Shown piece by piece: positions 17,600 through 27,952 of a stretch of 64,000 bases of DNA. Origin of the DNA: Clostridiales bacterium (GTDB lineage Bacteria > Bacillota > Clostridia > TANB77 > CAG-508); assembly GCA_013333035.2 (NCBI GenBank), contig JABCPQ020000004.1:1757-65756 (forward strand). The letters are read 5' to 3'. The notes below the pieces were generated by a model. The model searched no databases. It saw only the letters and a program-made list of their open reading frames with translations, and had not been told where the DNA came from. The position numbers and the translations under genes were made by a program. The stretch's first letter is position 1. Every line of letters starts with the position of its first letter.

Positions 17600-20218
17600 A
17601 TGAACTTACTTAACAAATTAACGATTAAAAATTTAAAATTAAACAAAAGAAGAACAATTGTAACAATTATAGGAATAATGTTAGCAGTAGCATTAATAAA
17701 TGCAGTAGCAACAATGTATTTCAGTGGAATGGCTTCAATAATAAGAGCAGAAAAATCAACAAGAGGAGATTATCATACAGTATTTTATAATGTACCATTA
17801 AATGATATAAAAACAATACAAAATAATAGAAATGTAGAGAATATTACTAAATTAAAATATTTAGGAACATCAAAAATTAAATCAAACAATCCACAATCAC
17901 CTTATGTATCAGTGGTTGCGGCTGAAAAAAATAATATAAACAAATTAGGAATGTATCTAATAAAAGGTAGATTACCAGAAAATGAAAATGAAATAATAAT
18001 AACCAAATATTTGAACAATATTATGAATACAAATTATTCAATTGGTGATAAATTAACAATGGATATTGGTGACAGATATTCAAAAGACAATATAAAACTA
18101 AAAAAATCAGAAAATTTGCAAGATGGAGAAAAAATTCTAAATACACAAAAAAGAGAATTTACAATAGTTGGCATTGTAATGGAGATATCAGAAAGTGTTA
18201 ATCAACCAGGCGAAGTAGCAGACACAGTAGTTACATGTTTAAGAAAAGAAGACATAAAAGATAACTTAGATTTATTTATTAGATTAAATAAAGAAGGATT
18301 AAAAAAGCCTTATACAGCTATTGGTGACATGTTAGGAATAGACGGCAATTTATATAAAGAAGTTCAAGATGATTACGCAACAGGAAGAGATGCAACAAAA
18401 TCGGGAGAACTACAAGAAAAATTTGCAAAAGAAAGAAAAAAAGCAAAATATCAATTTACATCAAGAAGATATTTAATATCATTGGAAACTGATAAAAGAG
18501 GTACATCATTTTTTGGATTAAAATATGTTGTAGCAATAGCAATAGGAATAATAATATTTACATCAGTATTCTGTATTAAAAACAGTTTTGATATTTCAAT
18601 AACAGAAAAAAATAAACAATATGGAATGTTAAGAAGCATTGGAGCAACTAAAAAGCAAGTAAGAAAAAATGTATTATTTGAAGCAACAATACTTGCATTA
18701 ATAGGAATACCACTTGGAATATTTTTAGGATATTTTGCCTCATTTATATTAGTAAAAATAAGCAACGTATTTTTAAAAGAATTAATAGTAACAGAAAACG
18801 AAATTAATTTTGAACTAGTATTTGATTTAAATTGGATGAGCGCAGCAATATCAGCACTATTAGGAATGGTAACAATTTATTTATCATCACTAAGAATTGC
18901 TAGAAAAGCATCAAAAGTATCTCCTATAAATTCAATCAGAAACAGTGCAGATATAAAAATAAAAGCAAAAAAATTAAAAGTGCCAAAATTAATAAAAAGC
19001 ATATTTAAAATTGGTGGTGAAATATCATATAAAAATATGAAAAGAAACAAAAAGAGGTATAGAGTTACCGTAATTTCAATAGTTTTATCAATTATGGTAT
19101 ATATATCATTAACAACATTTATGCAAATGATGCTAAAACAAATTCAATTAGCAGTAGGAAACATAGATTATGACATAGCATGCAATATATATAAAGAAAA
19201 TGATGAAGAAATAAAGATATTAAATAATATAGCCAAAACAACTGAAGGTGTTACAGAGTATACTTTATTACAATCAAATGTCGGAAAACATGATAAAAAG
19301 TTTTTAAATAAAGAAATCAAACAAATTTCTGAAAATTATCCAGATAATGAAACAGTATCAATTATTTCAGTTGGAGATATAGAATATAACAAATATATCA
19401 AATCACTTGGTTTGAATTATAATGACATAAAAGATAAAGCAATATTAATAGATACTGTATCTACAGCAACAATAGATGCAAGCAAAAAGCCTGTAAGAGA
19501 AATTAGAATGTTAAATCTAAAAGAAAATGATAAATTTGATGTAAAAGGTGATAAGGGTGAAAAATTAACATTTGAAATTGGAAAAATAACAAAGAAAAGA
19601 CCATTTGCAACAAATGAAAATATGGCAATTCCATATAAAATATTAGTATTAAGTGATGAATATTATAATAAAACATTTAAAGATGAAAAAAGATATACTG
19701 CATATTATAAAGTAAAAGATGCTAGCAAAATAAAAAATCAAATAGAAGAATCACTAAAAGATTATAAACAAAAGGGCATAACAAATGTTCAAGAAACATA
19801 TAATGATGGAAAACATTTAATAACACTTGTAGGAATATTCTTATATGGATTCATAATCATAATAATATTAATAGGAGTCACAAACATAGTAAACACAATT
19901 ACTACAAGTATGGAATTAAGAAAACAAGAATTTGCAATATTAAGATCAGTTGGAATGACAAATAAAGAATTTAATAGAATGATCAGACTAGAAACATTAT
20001 TCATAGGAATCAAATCACTATTTTTCGGAATTCCTCTAGGAACAGCAATTTCATATGGTATTTATCAAGCAGGAAATATGCCATTTGAAATACCATTAAA
20101 GCCAATACTATATTCAGCAATAGCAGTAATAGTTTTAATTGCAAGCATAATGCAATATTCATTAATAAAAATCAAAAAACAAAATACAATTGAAACAATT
20201 AGAAATGAAAATATATAA
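17600..20218 (+). CDS. FtsX-family ABC permease with two FtsX modules (Bce/MacB-type)
   Basis: About 870 aa, with TM helix-large loop-TM bundle repeated twice. GAGGAGG RBS before the ATG at 17600, internal to the tracked 17567. Confidence 0.7.
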   Translation: MNLLNKLTIKNLKLNKRRTIVTIIGIMLAVALINAVATMYFSGMASIIRAEKSTRGDYHTVFYNVPLNDIKTIQNNRNVENITKLKYLGTSKIKSNNPQSPYVSVVAAEKNNINKLGMYLIKGRLPENENEIIITKYLNNIMNTNYSIGDKLTMDIGDRYSKDNIKLKKSENLQDGEKILNTQKREFTIVGIVMEISESVNQPGEVADTVVTCLRKEDIKDNLDLFIRLNKEGLKKPYTAIGDMLGIDGNLYKEVQDDYATGRDATKSGELQEKFAKERKKAKYQFTSRRYLISLETDKRGTSFFGLKYVVAIAIGIIIFTSVFCIKNSFDISITEKNKQYGMLRSIGATKKQVRKNVLFEATILALIGIPLGIFLGYFASFILVKISNVFLKELIVTENEINFELVFDLNWMSAAISALLGMVTIYLSSLRIARKASKVSPINSIRNSADIKIKAKKLKVPKLIKSIFKIGGEISYKNMKRNKKRYRVTVISIVLSIMVYISLTTFMQMMLKQIQLAVGNIDYDIACNIYKENDEEIKILNNIAKTTEGVTEYTLLQSNVGKHDKKFLNKEIKQISENYPDNETVSIISVGDIEYNKYIKSLGLNYNDIKDKAILIDTVSTATIDASKKPVREIRMLNLKENDKFDVKGDKGEKLTFEIGKITKKRPFATNENMAIPYKILVLSDEYYNKTFKDEKRYTAYYKVKDASKIKNQIEESLKDYKQKGITNVQETYNDGKHLITLVGIFLYGFIIIIILIGVTNIVNTITTSMELRKQEFAILRSVGMTNKEFNRMIRLETLFIGIKSLFFGIPLGTAISYGIYQAGNMPFEIPLKPILYSAIAVIVLIASIMQYSLIKIKKQNTIETIRNENI

Positions 20219-20498
20219 GCTTAAAAAGTATAAAATAGAACAAATTATAATGCTACTGTAACTCAATGTTATAGAATCATTAAATTGCAAAAAAAAAAAT
20301 GATATAATTTGATTGAATAGAAAGAGAAATAATAATAAATTAATACTTATCAAATAAGCTATAAAAGTTATATGTAAACTTACATTAAAACCTAAATCTT
20401 TAGAAAGGAGATAAAATTATTTTATATTAAGTATATAGCAGAAAGTGTGAAAGTAAAAATAAAATATAGGAAGATTTTAGTATAGATAAGGAGATAAA

Positions 20499-20612
20499 AT
20501 GAAGAATAAAAAAATAATTTGTGGAATATTTACTATTGAAAAATCAACTTTAAATTTGAAAAATGTTTTAACAAACAAGACTTTTAAAATCAATGAATTA
20601 TTAAACAAATAA
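20499..20612 (+). CDS. candidate small ORF (37 aa) on a short independent transcript
   Basis: AAGGAG RBS. Translation MKNKKIICGIFTIEKSTLNLKNVLTNKTFKINELLNK. Extended -10 (TGATATAAT, 20300-20308) upstream and a terminator directly downstream. Confidence 0.3.
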   Translation: MKNKKIICGIFTIEKSTLNLKNVLTNKTFKINELLNK

Positions 20613-20630
20613 AATAATTAATTAAATAGG

Positions 20631-20665
20631 GCTAGATTGCATTTAAAGATGTAATCTAGCTTTTT
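20631..20665 (+). terminator. rho-independent terminator
   Basis: Stem gctagatt / aatctagc followed by T5. Confidence 0.6.
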
Positions 20666-20753
20666 ATATATTGCAATAAATAGCTGGAATATGTAGATTA
20701 TTATATTTTTATGTCATATAATATAATAAATATCAAACAGATAAGGAGAATTT

Positions 20754-21731
20754 ATGAATAGAGATTTTTTATATTCAAAAACTAATGATACAGAAAATAT
20801 ATCTCCAGAACAATTAGATTCAGAAGAAATAGAAATGAATAAAATAATAGACGAGTATATTCAACACCCAGATTGTAAATCATATATTGAAAATTTTAAA
20901 ACAATAAAGCCGATATGTGAAGAGGTATTAAAACAAAGGCATCCGGAAATTAAAGAGAAAGAATGGTCAAAGAATATTAGTATAAATGATGCAATAAAAT
21001 ATGCTCATCAATTTTTAACAACAATAGATTCAACACTTGCAGACCAATTTATGAACTTAGTTTATCAAAACAATAATAATCAAAAAACATTAAATATACT
21101 ACCAAATTATATAAAACCATATTGTGAAAAAGGAAAAGCATATATAAATTATCATGATAAAATAGAGAATATGATAACACTTTTACATGAGATGGTACAT
21201 GCAATGGGATATTCTGATGCAATGAATACAAATTCTGCATATAGATATTTAAGTGAATCACCAACATTAATAATTGAAAACTTATTTAGCAAATGGCTAG
21301 TGAAAAATAAAGTAATAACACAAAATGACTATAATCTACTTAAAGAATGGAGACTAAGAGATAGCCAAGATGTAGCAAGTAAAACATTAATGGAAATAGC
21401 ACTAATTGATATGAGAAAAAAAGGTAAATATATCACAAAAAAACGAGTATTGGAAATGATTGATGAAAAACAACATATTAATAACTTTACAACAAGAGAA
21501 GAGTGTATCAAATATTTTTTAATGAAAGTATTAACTAAAAGACAATTGTACTTTAAAGAAAGTGAAAGATACGTCATAGGCCAATATATTTCAGACAAAT
21601 TAGATAAAACAAGAAACCAAGAAAAAGAATTTTTAGAGATTTATTATTTAGCCAGTAATCCAAATATTACACCAGAAAAATCTTTAAAAATCATTAAAGA
21701 AAAATACCAAGAACCAAATATTGATAGATAA
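20754..21731 (+). CDS. Single-domain short PepF/M3B-like metallopeptidase, a paralog of both halves of 3018-4934
   Basis: HEMVHAMGY ... SESPTLIIENLFSKWLVKNKVITQND ... RYVIGQYISDKL. Collinear with the 3018-4934 repeats. Confidence 0.6.
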   Translation: MNRDFLYSKTNDTENISPEQLDSEEIEMNKIIDEYIQHPDCKSYIENFKTIKPICEEVLKQRHPEIKEKEWSKNISINDAIKYAHQFLTTIDSTLADQFMNLVYQNNNNQKTLNILPNYIKPYCEKGKAYINYHDKIENMITLLHEMVHAMGYSDAMNTNSAYRYLSESPTLIIENLFSKWLVKNKVITQNDYNLLKEWRLRDSQDVASKTLMEIALIDMRKKGKYITKKRVLEMIDEKQHINNFTTREECIKYFLMKVLTKRQLYFKESERYVIGQYISDKLDKTRNQEKEFLEIYYLASNPNITPEKSLKIIKEKYQEPNIDR

Positions 21732-21781
21732 ATTTTGAAATACACTAAAATATAAATTCATATAGAATAAAGGAGAAATAC

Positions 21782-22435
21782 ATGAATATACTGCTAATAG
21801 AAGACAACAAAGTAATGTCAAAAAGTCTAAAATATTCATTAGAAACAAATAATTACAAAGTAATAGCATTCGAAACAATAAAAGAAACTAAAGAATATTT
21901 AAACACAAAACCAGAAATAGATTTAGCAATACTTGATATAAATTTACCGGATGGAACTGGATATGAATTATATGAACATACTATTAAAAAATCACAAATT
22001 CCAACAATATTTTTAACAGCAAGGGATGATGAGAATGATATTGTAAAAGGATTAATGATTGGTGCAGAAGATTATTTAACAAAACCATTCTCAACAAAAG
22101 AATTATTAGCTAGAATAAACAAGATATTACTTAGAGCCAAGAAGAATACTGTAATTAAAGCTGGAGATATTAGTTTTGATATAGATAAGATGATAGTATT
22201 AAAAGGTGAAAATCAAATAAATTTAACAAGTTTGGAAATAAAATTATTAGCATTATTATTTAACAATATAAACAAAGTAGTAAATAGAAATACAATATTA
22301 GATAAGGTCTGGGAATGGACAGGAAATGATGTAGATGATCATACAATAACAGTATATTTCCAAAGAATAAGAAATAAATTAGGAAGTAATATAATAACAA
22401 CAGTAAAAGGAATAGGATATAGAATAGATGAGTAA
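21782..22435 (+). CDS. OmpR-family response regulator
   Basis: Receiver domain (DLAILDINLPDG, K at TKPF) plus a winged-helix C-terminus (TVKGIGYRI). Confidence 0.85.
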   Translation: MNILLIEDNKVMSKSLKYSLETNNYKVIAFETIKETKEYLNTKPEIDLAILDINLPDGTGYELYEHTIKKSQIPTIFLTARDDENDIVKGLMIGAEDYLTKPFSTKELLARINKILLRAKKNTVIKAGDISFDIDKMIVLKGENQINLTSLEIKLLALLFNNINKVVNRNTILDKVWEWTGNDVDDHTITVYFQRIRNKLGSNIITTVKGIGYRIDE

Positions 22436-23642
22436 TAAAATAGAATTAAAAAAATCAATTATAATCTCACTAGTCATAACAATAATATTTTCAATATTTA
22501 TGGCAATTATTAATATATATGAATATAAAGAATATACTAAAAACTTTAATAAAAATATTGCATCAATAATAGATGTAATACAAAGTAAATATCCAGAAAT
22601 ATCAACTGATGAAATAATTGGCATATTGAATTCAGAAAAAATACCACAAAACAATTCACTAAAAAAATATGGGATAGATCTAGAAAAAAATACAGTAATA
22701 TTAGAAAATAATAAGATAAACAATAAATTTATAAAAATAGAAATAATTTTATTAATTACAACATCTATATCATTGTTAATAGTATTTATTTTATATGAAA
22801 GAAAACAAGATAAAGAGATAGATAAAATAACAAAATATTTAGAAGCAATAAATGACAAAAATTATACATTAAAAATAGATGAAAATTCAGAAGAAGAATT
22901 ATCAATTTTAAAAAATGAACTATATAAAGTAACAGTAATGTTAAGAGAAAATGCAAGTAATACATTAAAAGATAAAATAAATTTAAAAAGAGCATTAGAA
23001 GACATATCACATCAATTAAAAACCCCATTAACATCAATTTTAATAATTCTAGATAATCTAATAGACAATCCAGAAATGGATTATCAAACAAGAGTAGAAT
23101 TTTTGCATGATTTAAAAAGAGAAACTACAAGAATACAATCATTAATACAATCAATATTAAAACTTTCAAAATTTGACAGTAATACCGTACAATTTATAAA
23201 ACAAGATATTTATTTAAAACAAATAATTGACGAAGCAATAAAAAATACAGGATCATTAGCAGACTTAAAGAATATAAAAATAAATGTTGAAGGTAATAAA
23301 AAAATAAAATTAAACTGTGATTTATTATGGCAAATAGAAGCAATAACGAATATTCTAAAAAACTGTATAGAGCACTCAAAAGAAAATACTCAAATAGATA
23401 TTAAATATAATAATAATAGTGTGTATTCATACATAACAATAACAGACTATGGTGAAGGAATATCAAAAGAAGATTTACCACACATATTCGAAAGATTTTA
23501 TAGAGGAAAAAACTCATCAAATGAAAGTATAGGAATAGGCTTATCACTATCAAAAACAATAATTGAGAGCAATAATGGAATTGTTTCAGTAGAATCAAAT
23601 AGTGATAAAACAACTTTTATAATAAAATACTTCAAATTATAA
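22428..23642 (+). CDS. sensor histidine kinase
   Basis: Two N-terminal TM helices, H-box SHQLKTPLTSI, N-box and GIGLSLSK. 8-nt overlap with the regulator gene. Confidence 0.8.
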   Translation: MSNKIELKKSIIISLVITIIFSIFMAIINIYEYKEYTKNFNKNIASIIDVIQSKYPEISTDEIIGILNSEKIPQNNSLKKYGIDLEKNTVILENNKINNKFIKIEIILLITTSISLLIVFILYERKQDKEIDKITKYLEAINDKNYTLKIDENSEEELSILKNELYKVTVMLRENASNTLKDKINLKRALEDISHQLKTPLTSILIILDNLIDNPEMDYQTRVEFLHDLKRETTRIQSLIQSILKLSKFDSNTVQFIKQDIYLKQIIDEAIKNTGSLADLKNIKINVEGNKKIKLNCDLLWQIEAITNILKNCIEHSKENTQIDIKYNNNSVYSYITITDYGEGISKEDLPHIFERFYRGKNSSNESIGIGLSLSKTIIESNNGIVSVESNSDKTTFIIKYFKL

Positions 23643-23750
23643 AAAAACATTGACAAAATGAATATAAGGTGACATAGTATTTAAGACACTTATTAACGAT
23701 GTGAATGTTATCACATCATCTTTTCAGCCTAATGGCAGGAGGTAAGAAAC

Positions 23751-24110
23751 GTGCATACGTCAATAATCATAGCGACAACTGCACATGAAGTCGAGGATGC
23801 TACGAAAGCTCGACTGAAGAAATCCTATGGTGGATTTCAAACGGTGAATCGTGTAAGGATTCACACTCCGAACAAGGGAATTTCATTGAGGACAGAAGGT
23901 ATACAGTCCAAAGATGAATATCCACTTACAATTTATGGCTACAGTGAAAAAGATGGCGAAAGCTATCAAATCTTGGTGCCGATTGTAACAAGTGGCAACT
24001 ATTCGGAAACAACGGAAACTCTCAAGGAACTCCTTGAATACTGTGAGATTGAATGTGATGGAATTTACGAAAAAACATTCAATCAAAAAGTGGTTTATAG
24101 GAGAAGGTAA
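23751..24110 (+). CDS. hypothetical protein (119 aa) in a compositionally foreign (high-GC) insertion
   Basis: GTG start 7 nt after AGGAGG. My hand count of the first 130 nt gives about 45 % G+C, against 15-30 % in the flanks. It has its own TTGACA box upstream and its own terminator. Confidence 0.6.
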   Translation: MHTSIIIATTAHEVEDATKARLKKSYGGFQTVNRVRIHTPNKGISLRTEGIQSKDEYPLTIYGYSEKDGESYQILVPIVTSGNYSETTETLKELLEYCEIECDGIYEKTFNQKVVYRRR

Positions 24111-24117
24111 CATGTGT

Positions 24118-24150
24118 AAAAGCAGATGCTTAAAAACATCTGCTTTTATC
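24118..24150 (+). terminator. rho-independent terminator
   Basis: Stem aaaagcagatg / catctgctttt. Confidence 0.65.
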
Positions 24151-24219
24151 ATTTAATATATTGAAAAAACATATTTGTAATGTTATATTAATTTAGACTA
24201 AACATACAAAGGAAATATA

Positions 24220-24696
24220 ATGAACAAAACTTTAATAATAGGAAATGCAGTAGCACTTCTAGCATCATTATTTATGGTGTATTCAGGAATTTTAAAAAAG
24301 AAAAATCAAATATTAATAGCGCAGAATGTACAAATAATACTTTTAATAATAAGTAATATAATATTAGGAGGAATATCAGGCGCCATAAGTAATACAGCAG
24401 GTTTAATAAGAAATCTCCTGCATCAAAAGAAGTGGCTAAAGATGCCTATAAAAATAGCATTAACATTAATATCATCAATAATAGCAATTAAGTTAAACAC
24501 AGAGGGGATTATTGGATACCTACCATTATTAGCAAATGCAGTATATATTTTTTTAATGGATTTAAAAGATGTAAAAAAATTTAAACTATTATTAATAGCA
24601 ACAATGACAATGTGGTTAATATATGATACATTAATAAAATCATATACATCTGCTACATTTGACTTTGCAACAATAGTAGCTAATATAGTAGTATAA
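24220..24696 (+). CDS. small polytopic membrane protein (YgjV-like)
   Basis: 158 aa and about 5 TM helices. The resemblance to the YgjV family is from memory only. Confidence 0.45.
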   Translation: MNKTLIIGNAVALLASLFMVYSGILKKKNQILIAQNVQIILLIISNIILGGISGAISNTAGLIRNLLHQKKWLKMPIKIALTLISSIIAIKLNTEGIIGYLPLLANAVYIFLMDLKDVKKFKLLLIATMTMWLIYDTLIKSYTSATFDFATIVANIVV

Positions 24697-24761
24697 TAAA
24701 AATGCAAACAAATAAAGATAAAATTATAAATGAAAAATAAATTATTTAGGATAGAGGAATT

Positions 24762-26168
24762 ATGAATAAAAAAGTAAGAAATAAGAGAAAATTAAACACA
24801 AAAAAAATTGCTTTATTATTAATAATGATAGCAATAATTGTAGGTAGTATAATATTAGCAATAAGAAAATCAAAAACATCTGAAAAAGAGAGTTGGAATA
24901 TTGCAACAGACAATTATGATATAAGTATTGATGTGCCTAAACTACCAACAGCAGAAATGGAAAATGAAATAGAAACATATTTAAAAGATATAAAACAAGG
25001 ATTTCTAGAAGAAGTAAAAAATTATAAAGCAGCAGACAATAATAATATAAAATATGAATTAAGATCAACAAATCAAGAATATGAATTTGATGGTATAAAA
25101 GAAATAAGAACATCAACATATATCTTCAATGGTGGAAACCACTATGAAATGAAATTAAAGTCAATGTATTATAAAGAATCAGATAATTCAAGAGTGTCTT
25201 TCAACGACTTACTAGAAGATAAGGATAAGTTTGCACTAGTAGTATATCATTATACAAATAAAACACTAGAAGAATTAAAAACAGAAAAATCAATAACATA
25301 TAGTGAAGACGATTTAAAACAAGAATTAAGTAATTATAATTTTGAACATTTTAGAATTGAAAATAATTTTTTGATAATAACATATACAAGAATGGAATTG
25401 ATTAGTTGGTCAAATGGTGAAATAGAAACTAAAATTCCATTATCAGAATTAAAAGGAATATTAAAACCAGAATATTTAGTGGAAACAACTAACAATACTT
25501 CAAACGAAGAAGCTAAAATTCAACCAAAAACAAGAAATATAGAACAATTCAGAGGAAAAAAATTAATAGCGTTAACATTTGATGATGGTCCAAGTACAGA
25601 AAATGACAAAAGAATTGTCAATGCACTAAAAGAATATAATGGACTAGCAACATTTTTTGTACTAGGAAGTAGAGCACATTCAAATCGTGAAGGATTAAAA
25701 TATGCATATTCAGAAGGAAACCAAATTGGAAGTCATACATATAATCATTTAAACTTACCAAGATTAGATAAATATCAAATCGCAGAAGAAATCTATAAAA
25801 CAGATGATGCAGTATATAAAGAAATTGGAATAAAGCCATCAACAATAAGACCACCTTATGGAAATAAGAACAAAACAGTTATTGAAATAGCTAATAGAGA
25901 TATTATTTTATGGTCAATAGATACACTTGACTGGAAAACAAGAAATGCAGAATCTGTAAAAAATGAAATTTTAAAACACGCACAAGATGGAGCAATTGTA
26001 TTAATGCATGACATATATAAAACATCAGTAGAAGGAGCAATTGCAGCAATGCCAGAATTAAGAAGCAGGGGCTTTGAATTTGTAACAATTAATGAAATGA
26101 TGAAATTAAAAGGAATTAATGATACTGAACCAAAAACATATTATGACTTCACTGGAAAAAACAATTAA
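24762..26168 (+). CDS. Membrane-anchored polysaccharide deacetylase (NodB homology domain)
   Basis: N-terminal TM helix. LTFDDGPS, HTYNH and WSIDTLDW motifs. Confidence 0.8.
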   Translation: MNKKVRNKRKLNTKKIALLLIMIAIIVGSIILAIRKSKTSEKESWNIATDNYDISIDVPKLPTAEMENEIETYLKDIKQGFLEEVKNYKAADNNNIKYELRSTNQEYEFDGIKEIRTSTYIFNGGNHYEMKLKSMYYKESDNSRVSFNDLLEDKDKFALVVYHYTNKTLEELKTEKSITYSEDDLKQELSNYNFEHFRIENNFLIITYTRMELISWSNGEIETKIPLSELKGILKPEYLVETTNNTSNEEAKIQPKTRNIEQFRGKKLIALTFDDGPSTENDKRIVNALKEYNGLATFFVLGSRAHSNREGLKYAYSEGNQIGSHTYNHLNLPRLDKYQIAEEIYKTDDAVYKEIGIKPSTIRPPYGNKNKTVIEIANRDIILWSIDTLDWKTRNAESVKNEILKHAQDGAIVLMHDIYKTSVEGAIAAMPELRSRGFEFVTINEMMKLKGINDTEPKTYYDFTGKNN

Positions 26169-26185
26169 TAATATAAAGGCGTAAG

Positions 26186-26869
26186 ATGAAAAAAATAAAA
26201 ATTATATTAACAACATTTGGCATTATTTTTATAGCGATATTATTATCGATAATGACATTAAATGTATATGTAATAAACATAACTAAAAAAAGAATATTAA
26301 CACAATCTGAAATAAAAAAGAAATCTGAAAAAGAAAAATATGATTGTGCAATCGTTTTCGGAGCTGGAGTTTATGGTAAAACACCAAGTGATATGTTAAA
26401 AGACAGGCTTAATACATGTATCGAATTATATAATGCCAAAATCATTAATAAAATAATAATGAGTGGAGACCATGGAAAAAAATATTATGATGAAGTAACA
26501 GTAATGAAAAATTATGCAATTTCGAAAGGAATACCAGCAGAAGATATATTCATGGATCATGCAGGATTTTCAACTTATGAAACAATGTATAGAGCAAAGG
26601 AAGTATTTAATGTAAAAAAAGCAATTCTTGTAACACAAGAATATCACTTATATAGAGCTCTATACATAGGACAACAATTAGGAATTCAATCAGATGGTAT
26701 ATCAGCAACAAAGCATCATTATGTAGGTGACTTAAGCAGAGAGCTACGAGAAATCTTAGCAAGAAATAAAGATATATTCCAATGTATGTTTAAAATAAAA
26801 GCAAAATATTTAGGTGAGAAAATATCATTAGATCAAAACGGCAATATAACAAACGATAATCAAAAATAA
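26186..26869 (+). CDS. SanA/YdcF (DUF218) family protein
   Basis: N-terminal TM helix, CAIVFGAGV, VTQEYHLYRA. Confidence 0.7.
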   Translation: MKKIKIILTTFGIIFIAILLSIMTLNVYVINITKKRILTQSEIKKKSEKEKYDCAIVFGAGVYGKTPSDMLKDRLNTCIELYNAKIINKIIMSGDHGKKYYDEVTVMKNYAISKGIPAEDIFMDHAGFSTYETMYRAKEVFNVKKAILVTQEYHLYRALYIGQQLGIQSDGISATKHHYVGDLSRELREILARNKDIFQCMFKIKAKYLGEKISLDQNGNITNDNQK

Positions 26870-26870
26870 G

Positions 26871-26905
26871 AAAACCTGCTGGACAATTGTCCAACAGGTT
26901 TTTGT
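26871..26905. terminator. bidirectional terminator between convergent genes
   Basis: Stem aaaacctgctggaca / tgtccaacaggtttt with one mismatch, flanked by an A-run on the left and a T-run on the right. Confidence 0.65.
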
Positions 26906-27399
26906 TATTCTTCTTTTTTGCCTTTTTTTCCTTTATTGTCTTTCTTCCGTCTCTTTTCTTCTTGGCGCTTCTGAATGAAGTGCACAAAGAAGAAGTGTCG
27001 CAAGTAACTTATCTGAATCAAATCAAATAAGTTTAAAATCCAAAACAAGATGACAAAACTCATGAATGAATTGCCAATATCAACCCAAATTGCCGCCTTC
27101 TCTTTGATCATTAGTAGATTAGTTATGGTAAATAACCCTAATGAAAAAAAGAAGCAAGCTATTAGGTTTTTCTCCGTACTTGTAAAGGCAATATCAATTA
27201 TTAACTTTACAAGTGAAATTGCCCCTAAGACAATAAATAAAAGGAAAGATAATTCTGGATCGTGGAGATTTAAATCTGTCGCCCAGAACATAAGCACAAA
27301 AAATGAAAATAAATATTTTCCATTTTGTGTTACTGTAGTGGCTGCCAGATATAATATAAAAAATAAAACCACCATTAAACAAAATACTTCCATTTTCAT
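26905..27399 (-). CDS. Polytopic membrane protein with a Lys/Glu-rich C-terminal tail, function unknown
   Basis: AGGAGG RBS, 4-5 hydrophobic helices, tail KRQEEKRRKKDNKGKKGKKEE. Confidence 0.6.
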   Translation of the reverse strand: MKMEVFCLMVVLFFILYLAATTVTQNGKYLFSFFVLMFWATDLNLHDPELSFLLFIVLGAISLVKLIIDIAFTSTEKNLIACFFFSLGLFTITNLLMIKEKAAIWVDIGNSFMSFVILFWILNLFDLIQISYLRHFFFVHFIQKRQEEKRRKKDNKGKKGKKEE

Positions 27400-27420
27400 A
27401 GTTACCTCCTATATTAAGCA

Positions 27421-27849
27421 TTATTCATGATTGATAAGTAATTTAAATTCATCAATAATGAAATAAAGTACAATAGAGCTACCACCCACTTGAACTAGCC
27501 TTGTCAGGTTCATATTAAAGTTGAACTCAAAAGGACCAAACATTCGTTCAAATGATTCCAAAAAAATTATCCCCAAGAAAACAATTAGAAGCAACAAGGC
27601 AAACCTATATTTTCTGCCAACAATAAGTTGTGTCTTGAAGATTAGGCCTGAAATATTGTAAATATAGGCAAATAGTATCAACGCGAATAGCCTATAATAT
27701 ACAGAAGGAGTTCTCTCCTTAAGAAAAATAATAGAAATTGCTATAACAAAATTGCTAATTATAGCAAACTTTACTATTTTGTTTGTCTTAAATAAGCCTA
27801 CAAAATATAGAAATACAAAGGCAACAAGTAACAATAAAAAAAATTTCAT
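27421..27849 (-). CDS. polytopic membrane protein, function unknown
   Basis: AGGAGG RBS before the ATG at 27849, internal to the tracked 27876. 4 hydrophobic helices. Confidence 0.6.
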   Translation of the reverse strand: MKFFLLLLVAFVFLYFVGLFKTNKIVKFAIISNFVIAISIIFLKERTPSVYYRLFALILFAYIYNISGLIFKTQLIVGRKYRFALLLLIVFLGIIFLESFERMFGPFEFNFNMNLTRLVQVGGSSIVLYFIIDEFKLLINHE

Positions 27850-27923
27850 ACACCTACCTCCTTGGTGCAAAAACAAGTGACTCTACGTGATAGTCACAGC
27901 CAACAGTTATAAAATTGAATTTA

Positions 27924-27952
27924 ATTATACATTAATTTACATAAAAAATCAA
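27924..27952 (-). promoter_or_regulatory. sigma70-type promoter candidate for the two minus-strand membrane genes
   Basis: The minus strand reads TTGATT, 17 nt, TATAAT. Confidence 0.4.

Noticed and set aside
23641-24172. AAAAAACAT on both sides of the high-GC insertion, as a possible target-site duplication
   Set aside because: It is a 9-bp A-rich word in extremely AT-rich DNA, and the right copy coincides with a TTGAAA -35 box. That is far too likely by chance to count as evidence.
27050-27430. 126-aa plus-strand ORF overlapping the minus-strand membrane gene
   Set aside because: The minus-strand ORF has a perfect AGGAGG RBS and clear TM helices. The plus-strand ORF has no RBS and a low-complexity translation.
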